NCBI GenBank assembly: GCA_002269645.1
Contig: NIVC01001726.1
Location: 1-64,000, forward strand
Direction: 5' to 3'
Source: Macrostomum lignano
Taxonomy: Eukaryota
DNA length: 64,000 nucleotides
Positions 19,001-31,000 of the stretch are shown one piece after another. The position numbers and the translations under genes are program-made. Below the pieces are notes generated by a model, which was not told the DNA's origin, ran no database searches, and was given only the letters and a program-made list of their open reading frames with translations. How positions within the stretch are numbered: the first letter of the stretch is position 1; each line of letters starts with the position of its first letter.

Positions 19001-21042
19001 ACAAAAAAATATAAAAAACATCGAAAAACTCACAAGCGAAAGCTCTATTATTGTAGGCAGCCGGCAGTGGGCTGGCAGACACGCTCCGGCTATAGTACAG
19101 GGCCGCCTCTTCGTAATCGCCCGATCGGAACGCTTCGTTGCCCTTTGCTTTCTCCTGTTCGGCTAAACGAGCTCGCTCTTCACTAGATAGACCGTCAACA
19201 CGCAGCCGGTTGGGCAGATTGGGCATCTTTCGACTAGCCGGAGAAGCTGTTGCAGCTGGCGAAGTTTTGCTAGCGTTGGCCTGAGGGGTTTTGTTTTGCT
19301 ATCAGTTATTTCTCCTCTAACCATGCACTTGTAGTCCCAAAGTATAAAAGGATTGAAAGCCCTTATGGAGATCTGAAGCTTCGAGCTTGTGAAAGGAATT
19401 GAAGGCCCTTATGGGGATCTGAAGCTTCGAGCTTGTGAAAGGGATTGGAGGCCCTTATGGGGATCTGAAGCTTCGAGCTTGTGAAAGGGATTGGAGGCCC
19501 TTATGGGGATCTGAAGCTTCGAGCTTGTGAAAGGGATTGGAGGCCCTTATGGGGATCTGAAGCTTCGAGCTTGTGAAAGGAATTGAAGGCCCTTATGGGG
19601 ATCTGAAGCTTCGAGCTTGTGAAAGGGATTGAAGGCCCTTATGGGGATCTGAAGCTTCGAGCTTGTGAAAGGGTTCTATAGATTCTATATAAAGAATTCT
19701 ATAGGGCAACACCTGTTTGATGGAGGCTTCATCAGCGGAAATAGCGGCGTCCCGCTCCTCCTGCGCCTCCAATTGCTTCTCCAATTTTGACCATTCGTCA
19801 TAGCTACGCGGCATCGGCCGTTTTGCCGAGCTGGCTGATACGCTAGAACCGGAAGTTCGACCGGATGTAGTCGTTGTTGAAGAAGCCATCTGCTGCTGCT
19901 GCTGAGACGGACTCAAGTTAATAGTGGCATTAGCCGCTCGAACTGGCGGCAAGAGATCGTCCGCATCGGTTTTGGATTTCTCCTGGCCGGCATCGGCACT
20001 GCCAGTATTAGTATTCACTGCGGCAGTCCAAGCATTCAAATCCGCCGCTATGCTGGCCCACTCGGCCTGATCGAGGCCGGCCGCACTAAGCGGCGGCTGC
20101 TCCTTGCGTAGCACTCGGCTGAGGGCGGAATTCGGGAATTCAAATTGATAAAAAATAGAAAAATGAAACCATTGGACTTGTACTGGCTCTTTTTTGCCTC
20201 AAGATGAGATATGCGTGTAAACTACTTTCAGTTCAGTAGTAAATTAAACAGAAGCATTTTAATGTATTTTTAAAGCCAAGGCTCATTTATTGGCTCTTAC
20301 CCCCCCCCAACCGCTTTCCACACTACCCGCCCCGCCCCTGCAATTTTATTGCCTTTCTCTCGGAATTCCAGCCTAAAGCTGCCATGTACATTTCAGTGGA
20401 CTGGCTAATGTACATTATGACTGAACCAATTAGCAAGCTGTTTACGCCTGCAAGCTTGGGCTTCTAAACTTATCAAAGTCATTTCAGCTCTGCCATTAGT
20501 TTTATAAAATAGCTTATGTATTCTTATTTGCTACTGAACTGAAAGTAGAAAGCTGTTTACTAAGTATATATGCCCGAGTGGCTCATCCAGTTATTCTAGT
20601 ATCTGTGGTGTAGCCTATTTTTGAACTCCAATTGCACTCTAACTAGCCTACTGTGTTAGTGGAAAGATAAGCGCCAACACAACGATTCTTGGACGGCTCT
20701 TTCGGTATCATTTACAATGGGCTTATCCCCCGTAACGGGAGCATGTCTATTGCTGGTCTTTTCTTAAAAACCGCTTTTGCGATACGCTGAGAAGCAGCAC
20801 GGTTTTAAACAAACACTGAATCCAAAACTACTCAAACAACTGTACCTGTTTGGAGCCAACAATCTGAGCCTCTCCTCGCAATGGGTCTCCAACTCCGGAT
20901 AGCGGCCCTCCTCGCCAGATAGCAACACTTTGTAGATGTTTTCTAATTCTTTAACGTCCGAGCAGCCCGATATGTATCGAAAATCTAAATGATCCAGAGG
21001 TATATTGTACCTCCTGGTGAACTGGGCAGTCATCGGGTCCAT
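16048..21042 (-). CDS. SPAG1: Sperm-associated antigen 1-like TPR co-chaperone with RPAP3-type C-terminal domain; exons 21042-20846, 20118-19713, 19280-19034, 18791-16984, 16136-16048
   Basis: The N-terminus IPLDHLDFRYISGCSDVKELE..L.SGEEG.YPEL..HCE matches the SPAG1-specific N-terminus. Two TPR clusters (EKAKGNEAFRSGDYEEA; KEAGNQLFKAGNY). The C-terminal SPFEFTQAW...LSNKLDG...RFDFVVMFL is the RPAP3_C domain. All junctions are GT-AG and in phase; one 1-nt indel near 18370. Confidence 0.92.
16170..16935. repeat. 22-bp minisatellite (AATCAAGCTGAACAACAGACAC) in the last SPAG1 intron
   Basis: Directly visible, highly homogeneous. Confidence 0.97.
19358..19673. repeat. 46-bp tandem repeat x~7 in a SPAG1 intron
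   Basis: TCGAGCTTGT recurs at 46-nt spacing (19381, 19427, ...). Confidence 0.95.
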
Positions 21043-22057
21043 CGGCTTGGCTGAAATCGTAAAGTGCAATAGTAATTTTTTTTAGAAACAGGTCGACTAC
21101 CGATATGTAGCGAAAAGTACTTTGCAAAGGAGACAAGTTTAAAAAAGACTCAAGATAAAACTATAGATATAAATTTTACGACCTGTTGGAGTCGTTCAAA
21201 AAATTAACTTTTTGAAATAAATAAGGACATACTACTCGTGAAGTAATACACATAGACTGAAAAGAGTAATTACTTATGTACAGGCATAAGAATAAAAATC
21301 TGTTTAATTCCAGCCAAACACCATGCAATATCTGAAGTAAATAGTAGAACTATAGACAGCGGCGAATAACGAATATTTATCACATACAATCAAATATATA
21401 AATAATATAAACATATAAAGTAAATAGCTTGTTTTATTAACAGTCTGATGCTTTTCTGATGTATGTTTTAAACACAGAATTTTTGCTTTATGAAGTTGTC
21501 TACACTACATATCGGCAATTCAGGAAAAATCAAATTTTCACTACTGTACACGAGCCGATGGAACTTTCAACACTTTTAATGGCCTAACCTACTTATTGGG
21601 TAAGTAGTATGGAGAATATATTCCGTCAAAGAATTAATCACCGGAGTGAAGGCATTAGAAATTCTATAATAGTTATCTATTTTCTGAAAGCTAAAAAGCA
21701 ACGTTATTCAGATTTTTTGTCTCAAAATTTATGGCAGGAATCTTGAATTTTCTCTTGATTATCTCCATACCATACAATCCTAGTTCACAATGGGTTAGGG
21801 CAGAGGGGGTTGTTTACCTCTAACCTCAAGGGCCAGATGAACAATCCACCTCCTGGCCGAGGACCAGACAAGAGAGAAAAGGAGATAGAGGAAAAGAGAA
21901 GAGAGAAGAGAGCTGAGAAGGGACACAAACGTTGATCAGGCCGGATAGAGAGGCTTCGCGGGCCGGAGTTTGCCGGCCCCTTAGATAGGTTTTGGGCTTA
22001 GTTTAGTTTTTGGGTCAGCAGTTTATTTCTGGCAGTCTAAAGTCATCGGCCAGTCAG

Positions 22058-25000
22058 TCATCCGTGACCCTGGGGCGGCTGCCGACTATTGGGCTGCGAC
22101 AAGCGCACCTGACGCAATGAGCTATTCAACACATTGACAAGGCCGCCGGAGCCTGCCGAGGCAACGCTGGAGTCGGAGGCCGCGGATAACGACGATGTCG
22201 GCGATGATGAAGGAGTGGATGCTGCATAGGCGTCGCTGCTGTCGCCGCTGCCGTCATCGTCGACGGCGCCAGCCGGCTTCGCGACGCCAGCGGACGCCAC
22301 CGCTGTGGCTGTTAACGACGGGACCGTTGCCGCCGACGCAGCGGCCCCAGTCGGCGACGGCATTGCCAGGCCGGCGACGCCCTTAAGCCGATCGGTCGGG
22401 CCGAAGCCGCGCTTCACTCGGCGCACCTTGGAGGCGTCGTCTTGGCGCTGCTGCACCATCAGAGCGAAGTCGACAACGTAGGCATAGCCGAATATCACCA
22501 GGGAGCAACACGGCTCCGACCTTGACGTGGGGAGGTGAGCGGACAGGGTGAGACTGCGATTTGAGTTGTGAGCTTAGTCTGGAGATATAAGAGGGGGCGG
22601 TGGCCTAGCAACTGAGGATCTGGGAGGCCGGCAGTGGCCCAGCAACTGAGGATCTGGGACTGGCCCAGCAACTGAGGATCTGGGACTGGCCCAGCAACTG
22701 AGGATCTGGGAGGCTGGCCCAGCAACTGGGGATCTGGGAGACTGGCCCAGCAACTGAGGATCTGGGAGGCTGGCCCAGCAACTGGGGATCTGGGAGGCTG
22801 GCCTAGCAGCTGGGGATCTCTGAGGCTGGCTGCTCAGCAACTGGGGATCTGGGAGGCTGGCCTAGCAACTGGGGATCTGGGAGGCTGGCCCAGCAACTGG
22901 GGATCTGGGAGGCTAGCCTAGCAGCTGGGGATCTCTAAGTCTGGCTGCTCAGCAACTGGGGATCTGGGAGGCTGGCCTAGCAACTGGGGATCTGGGAGGC
23001 TGGCCCAGCAACTGGGGATCTGGGAGACTGGCTCAGCATCTGAGGATCTGGGAGACTGGCTCAGCAACTGAGGATCTGGGAGACTGGCTCAGCAACTGAG
23101 GATCTGGGAGACTGGCACAGTAACTGACGATCTGGGAGACTAGCTCAGCAACTGAGGATCTGGGAGGCTGGCAGTTTAGCCAACAGATCCCGTGTGGCCA
23201 TCTGATCAGGTTTTTCGCCCGGTTTTGCTCTGGCTTGCTATGTTTTTTGCCCCATTTCCAGGCGAAGAACATAAACCAGGCGAATTTATCCGGTTTTTCT
23301 CTGCCTTTCTAAACCAGGCGAAATTCCGGAGGAAAAACCGTACGAGTGCTCTGGTTTTTTACCCGGTCCTTCGCCAGGTTTGGAACCAGTTTAGTAACGC
23401 AGGGAAATCCGGAGTAAAAGCGGATGAAATAACATTTCCGGCTGGAATTTTGCCCGGTTCTTTCTCTGGTTCTTCGACCGGACAAGAGCCGGATAAAAGA
23501 GCTGATGAAAGCCTTTAATTCAGGATTGGGTTGAAAATGGTATGGGAGACACAGTGTATAATTGACAATTGACATGAAGATTTTCTTGTAATTACATGTC
23601 CTGTAATGTGCTCCTGTTTTGTTCTCTTGCAGTATTTTTTCCGCTCATCTTTATACATATCATATGAGCGTCTTTGTATGTCACATTACGAGCGTAGTTC
23701 ACGTAAACTGAGAATAAAAATATATTGTCATTTTAATGCTGTCATCGCACACATTTCTGAAGGCTGCATGCTACTGTGGGATTCCAACGTTGATTTCCTC
23801 TTTTACAAAAATGTATAAGCAAAGTCCCATCCCCGAATTGGCCCGCTAGGCGTAGCGTACGTAGCAGCCTTTGTTAATAAAGTTTCATGAATTTCCAGTG
23901 CTGGTAATTAAGAAACCTGAAATAATCAGCGGGCGCGACGACTGCAACAAAATATTGACGCGGCCTGCGCTGAGTTGACTGACCGACCGCGTTCCCCGGT
24001 TAGTCGCGCTGTACCTAGTACTTCGCGCAGCAGTAGCACTGTCGTCGCAGCATCGTCGCAGCTTCTCAGAGGTGCCGAGTCCGTAGACACCGGTGACAGT
24101 GAGCCCTCCGAGCATGGTGAGTAGCATCGAGGATCTGCAAAAAGCGGCCCCGATATCCGTTGATACAGAAAAACTATCGCGCGTTTCCCACAGACTCCAG
24201 TGACGGCAGCAGTGGAGGCGACCAAAGCCGCAGTGACGCTGAGTCCGTAAACAGCGCTGGCCGCAATGGCAGCGACGGTACAGAGACACCCGACTCTTAG
24301 CCCTCTGAGCATGGTGAGTAGCATCGAGGATCTGCAAAAAGCGGCCCCGATATCCGTTGATACAGAAAAACTATCGCGCGTTTCCCACAGACTCCAGTGA
24401 CGGACGTGACGCTGAGTCACTTGACTCCAGCGACAGCGATGGCCAGGAACAGCCAGTTCTTGATCCCTGGCTACAGCTACCGTGGCACAACGGCGAACCC
24501 ATCACGGGCACCATTGGTGAAGCTGTGTGTCATATCAACGACTGCGCCATTGATCTTGGAATCCCAAGTAAAAAATTAACCAGACTTCTACGTCTTGTGC
24601 ATTGTCTGGTTCCGGGAAGTCGAATTCCGCGCACTGCAAGAACTATGTGGCGGACGCTAAAGTCCGCCCAGAGTTACATCGGCTCCGCAAAATGCGTCAC
24701 TGTGTGCAACGAGTGCTACGTAAACTACCGAGGAGACTGCAGTCAAAACGGTGGACATTGCAGTGACTGCGGATCAATGAGAGTCGCAAACTTCTGGGTT
24801 TTCAACATTAGAAAGCAGATCCGAACTCACATAGAGTCATGTGGACTGCTGCATAATTTGACTTTTCCTTCCGACTTCAATCCGCACGAAGACACCATCC
24901 ATTTCTACAACAGTCACCTGTACAGACAGTTTCGGGAGTCGATAAACCTAGTTGCTAAGAGCGACCTCTCGTATACTCTGAGCTCTGATGGGTTTCCAGC

Positions 25001-28000
25001 ACGGTCAACCAGCAAGGTAGAGGTGTGTCCAGTCTACTTAAGCATCAACGAGGTTCACGATCATGTCAAGTTGCGCTATGACATAATCTATGGGCTCTGG
25101 GCTGCTAAGACCAAAGTGAGTTCAGCGGCTTTCCTTCCGGTGGTCGTCGACGCGCTGATTTCTTTACGCATCCGGGGCGTAACGTACACTGACGCTGATG
25201 GAGTTCAGCGTACGATACGCTTCCATCCGTTGCTAGCAATGTTCGACTCACCGGCTCGTGCAGATGCGCTCCGCATGCGACGATGCACGGCTATCTACGG
25301 CTGCGAGAAGTGCTACATTGCTACGCGTCTTCATCCTTCAGGCTCTGGGCGTGTCTTCGACGTCGGCTTAACGCCAGCAATGCAGAATGCTGCTCGACGC
25401 CTAGGTTGTCTGCAAACTGTCCTGCGGAGCATGGCAGATACGCGCAGATTAGCGGAGCAACACCTAGCAGGTGCTCGGCACCAGAACACAGACACATTGG
25501 GTGTCCGAGGCCACTCTCCGTTAGGACGCCTCCCGGGCTTTGACTTCATGCGCGGATGTCCGCCGTGTTATCTCCACCAGCTGCACCTAGGTCTGGTCCG
25601 GATGATAATGTACCAATTATTCCTGGTGCGGGCCGAGAAGCCGGACCGAGGAGAAACTAATTGTCCGGACCTGCACCGGCTTCAACATCAGATCGATGAG
25701 CCGCTGCTCCGCATCCGGCTGCCCATCAACGTCCAACGACATTAAGTGCGTCCACTAAGTGACCTCCGCAATTTCCGTGGGCACGAGTTTGAAATGTGGC
25801 TGATGGCTTACGGCCCCCTCGTTTTGAAAGCCGTCCTACCACCCGCCCACTACCAGCATCTGTTACTTCTTTCCGCTGCAGTGTTCTGGATGACTGCCGA
25901 TTATGCGCCTCTGTCTGAGTTGCGGCACGTAGAGATTGCATTGCGCCACTTCCACGACAAACTGTATAGGTTGTACTCCTTAAGAGCACTAACCTATAAT
26001 GCTCATCAGGTGTGCTGCCACATGCTGACATACGTCCATCTGGCCGGCTCTGCGCACCGCCTATCGGCTGGAATTTTCGAAAGCACGCACTTGCGCCTGC
26101 AAAAACGCCTGCATGGGACGCGGCGCATCGACGTCGAGCTGGTTGGCGCCGTGGAGCGCCACATCGGCACCATCCAAGCGCGAGCGCGACTGATCGGGCA
26201 CGGGGATCAGCAAGACGAAGAGGAATTATTCCGTCGAACAGAAGTACTCACCCTTCCAGATTTCGTGCTTCGTCGACCGAAGCGCTGGCAAGTCGGATGG
26301 CACAGTGACACTCTGAAATCCGGTTGGACAATACGAATTTTCACTCCCGGATGTCAGGATGCGGCAGGCTTCGTGGCCATCGAAGGTGACACTACGACGG
26401 ATTTCCGATTCTGCCGAGTGCAAACCATCGAATGTCAAGGTGAGCAGGTTAGGCTCGGACTGCTCGTACTGCCAGTTCTCGCGGCCGTCGACCCGCTGGA
26501 GGAACTAGCACAGGTTGCCACAACGTCACCTAATCGAGGCTGTCGACTCGCGCAGTTCCGAGTATTCGCATGCGATCCCTTCGGCGACTTGAGCTACCTC
26601 GGCGACCCGATTCATGTGGGGCTGCCACAGTTTCGTGGCGTCTGTGTCGTCACCGACACAAAAGTAGCTCTGCTGGCCCATCCGCAGTTGGGCTATTCGT
26701 AGAGTCTGCTGGCGTCCGTAGCAATGGGATAACTGATTGACAGGCTGGGATAACTGATTGACAGGCTAGGATAACTGATTGCCAGCATAAAACGTATTTT
26801 CCTTTCGTTTTTTCCTTACTTTACGATTGGCAAAAAAATAATCAAATTTCTATTATATTTTTTAACAAACTGTAGTAGTCGTTCTAATTGTTAGCGATTT
26901 TGTAAAAATGTATATATATGCACCTAATAGTAGATGCAATTAAACCAAAAAATTGAGTCCGGTTTCCAGAAGCATCTGGATGAGATGCTTTATGAGTCAT
27001 ATGTAGTGAAGTGATACATTTTGGCTCTAGAAAGTTCCCATCCAGATTGAATGTATTTTAACCAATGAATGCGCTCCAAATAGCAAAAGCTGAGGACACG
27101 ACCCCAACGTCAACCAATGAAAAGCAGTTATGTACGATCCAATGCGATTAAGACTGAAAAGTAGTATAAAAGCTCATGTTAACCAAGCAAGAAGCTCGCC
27201 TTTTCTCTCTTCCGCGCCTTTTCTCGCCCTCGCCTCTCTTTCGCCCTTCTCCTAGCCTACCTCTTTTGACTATTTTGATTGACACAGTTAGGGTGTCAAC
27301 CCAAACGCTAAAACTAATTAATTGACTCACTAAAGCTAAACCAACACCCAATTCACGTTCTACAATAGACTGAACCTTCGGTTTACCCGAACAATTAGAA
27401 ACCCTTTGTAACTTAAGCTGAACGAGCTTCTTATTTGGAATTCCATCTTAGACCTTATATTTTGTAAGATAACACCTCGAGATTGTGACCATCAAATACA
27501 ACGGTCTGTAAGTTAACACCAAGTGTTTTCATCATCAGGAAAAGTCAGTTGAATCCGCCGCCTCAGTTATTTGGCTCTCACATTGATATTTGAAGTAGAA
27601 CAAGAGCCATACTCGTAGAAGTGAGAGACCAGAACGATAACGATAACATACGTATATACGTATATAATTTTAAAATATTTCAGTAGCTTATTTACGTGTT
27701 ACTTCCGTATACTATATTCACTTCATTTTTTGTTGTGTTCATATGCATAAGAATAAGAATATTCTTATAGGTGGTCAAAACCCTTTTCAGACTGACCCCA
27801 TTGGATTTAAATCATGTCGGATCGCCCCATAATTGACTGGCCAAAACTTTTCGACCGAATGATCGCTGACGGGGATGCCCGTGCCAACGTCGACTCCGAT
27901 GACGGCAGCGACACCACAATCGGTGGTCACTCTCCCGGCCCGCCACCAACGTCGACCCGCGCGCGAGCCACTGCTGAGTCCAAGTATACGTGGGAGGACT

Positions 28001-31000
28001 ACAACCGGCTACCACCGGCTGCTCCACCGTCATTTGAGTCGAGGCGTTGGGACGAGCGACGCCTACTACCTGCGCAAACTTGCCCGGACTGCGCCTCATG
28101 GTAAGCGGAGCTGTCGCCGACTAGCCGAGCACGCCGCTTAGCGCTGCACGGCCGCCACCGACACAGGCGGATCGTGCAAGCGCCAAACTTCTTCGCGATT
28201 GAAATGCCGCCATCACCACCTCCCGTACCGTTGGATCAATTGAAAGTGAGGAAGCGGCGTCGAAGGCCGCTTCGGGGTCTGTCATAGAGACCCCGCACTG
28301 AATACGAGTGACTACTGCGATTGATGGACTGGAGACTGCCTCAATTGATGGATTGATGACATTGAGATGATGATGACATTGAGATGATGATGACATTGAG
28401 ATGATGATGACATTGAGATGATGGACGTTAGACATGCACGTTTGTATGTATACCAGCATATGCTGATAAATACACTAAGGCCTTGTTGCCGGCACAATTT
28501 GTACGGACTTTTTGATTGAGGAGGAAACCGACAGCCTTAATTGTTACTCTTGAGTCCAGGCCTAGTTAAAGTAACGTACGAGTACAATTACATTTCACCC
28601 ATGTGAACACAGAACACAGTATTGACACAAAAAACTCACCTTTTTCAGCTGCCCTAATCCTAATGGGCACAGGAAAGAAGACTACTGCCGTAGTCGGCAA
28701 GTCGAAATCAAATTCCACGTCCACTTCAAAGTCGAAGTCGAAGCCGACCTCCAAATCAGCTCCAACAAAGGCGCCGTCGAGTAAGTCCGGTGGAAAGAAG
28801 CGCAAAGCTGTGACTGATGACGATGAGTCATTGAGTCAATTTCTCGGTCGTACTGCCGAGAAATCACGTCGACTGCAGGATCCGCTATTGTCAGCCATCG
28901 AAGATACTGACACTATGTCTGCTGCACAGACTTCGGGCCCTTCTTCGTCTGCTGTCGCAGAGGGCACCCAACGGGATGACGTTTTCATACAGCATGACAT
29001 GGTGCCCTACGAACGTGAAGCGGTACCGCGATTCTTTATTTTTAAGTACTCCAACTATTTCGAAAAAAAACAGACGTTTTCAGCACGCGCGATGACATTG
29101 TTGGACGCAAACGCGAGTTCCCGAGTAACGTCGTCGATGTCGGCAGCGAAGTCTTAATTGTCGTCGCTAAGGCGAACAGGACGGCCGCGAAAAAATGGCT
29201 CGGGACACTAGTACGTGGGCCGTTCGCTTCCAGAAGCATCGCGACCGGCACAGCGGTCCTAGGAAACGTACACGCTCAGCCATCGGAACTTCCACGTGCC
29301 TGTGCATCCTGCCGGACGTTTGCTATAGAGAACGAGCGACAGTCGTCGCTTATAGACACCCTGCGTGAGTGCCATCAATTGTTGGTCGTTACTTGTGCAC
29401 TTTCAGGTCGGGTATAGTGCCTTTTTTGTTTGAACCACCGCATACTTTTCTAGGGAGCCAGTTACAGCACAGCACAGTTGAAGAAACGAATCAGCGAGAA
29501 AGCGTCCGACTATTAACGGAGCAGCTTCGTGTCGCGAATCGTATGGAGCGGACGCTTTTACGCCAACTGGAGGACGAGCAGCATCGTAACGTGCTGCTGG
29601 TCAGCAGCATGCAGCAGTGCAACTCGCTGCTTATTCAGGGGTCAGAGCTGCTTTCCCAGAATGCCCGCGAAGTCTCTCAGCCGGCCCGCTCGAGTACAAA
29701 AGCTGCATCTGACACCAATGACGCCGATGGCGGTGATGACGGCGACGCCAGCGATTCCAGGCAGGACGCCATGTCCTTCACTGTAACGCAGAGCTTGTCC
29801 GCAGCGCAGACGCGCGCTCTGAAAGATGCCTGCGACGCCGCCGCGCCGAACGTTGACCTAACAGCTGCTTATCTTGTGCCATTCTCTGAGCAGCAGGGCT
29901 TCGTTAAGGTAGCTTTGAATAAGCGGCACGATGCGGAAGATCGGCTAGAAGCCTACAAAAAAGTGCCAGCCAATCAGGATGGCGAGGACGCAAAACTTTC
30001 TGCACTCCGAAAGTCTGTGACGCTGGCAGTTCTCCGAGCTGCCCTGCGTGCCGTCTTCACGGACAGGGAGTTCGACTGCTGCACACTGTCCGGGCGCAAG
30101 GCGCCCGGTCAGACCACATCTTCACCCGCAAACCCGGGAAAATTGGCTGCAGTACGTGTGTGGCTCGCGAACGCCGGGGTGCAGTGCACTGCCGACAGTC
30201 TAAGTCAGGCGTTCACGCAATGCACTGCGACTGCGCGGCAGAGACTGGAACTCCCAACGCGCTCCGCCCCTCCCCCCCAGCGGAAGCAGCCGAAACCGCC
30301 AAAGCCGAAGGCCACAACAGTCGTCATTATAGACTCCGCTGACTCTGCTCAGAGCCGCGAAGTCTGTCAGCCAACCCTCTCGAATACAACAGCTGCATCT
30401 GACGCCAATGACGCCAATGACGCCGATGACGGCGATGACGCCAGAGATGCCAGAGAGGTCGAAATGCGGCATCTGGAGGGGGACGACGATCAGAGCGCCA
30501 TGGACGGCACAGTCAGCTGCGGCGACTTTCTGAACATACTTTTGGCCAGTCAGAAGTGATTTTAAATTCCCGCATTTATGCGCCTAGATGACTAGCGACT
30601 ATGCGTCTACTGACTGTATTCTACAACATCTTTGGAATAAAAAAAACAGAGGAGTATATTGATCTTGTAGGTGATTTGGAACAGTTTGATGAATTGCAAG
30701 ATGGAACGTTACATAGTTTGTATTAACACTAACTGACAATTGTCTTACTTCTTTAATCTTCACGGTCGGTATCCGTTGACAGAAGCGCACTGTAGATGTT
30801 TTACTAAGTCGGCACTACATATTTCCGAGATGAAGGGTTTTTCGTCCGGTTTGATCGTCGTGTCGCTTTCGTTAGGTTTTAGTCTGATTTTGCTCCGGAT
30901 ATTCGTCCGGTTGGGTCGTCGTGTCGCTTTCGTTAGGTTTTAGTCTGATTTTGCTCCGGATATTCGTCCGGTTGGGTCGTCGTGTCGCTTTCGTTAGGTT

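Noticed and set aside
29055-29075. Programmed -1 frameshift at A_AAA_AAA in the BEN gene
   Set aside because: The heptamer fits and a -1 shift would join the frames, but similar 1-nt homopolymer indels in CCT7 and SPAG1 make a consensus error more parsimonious; read checking is needed.
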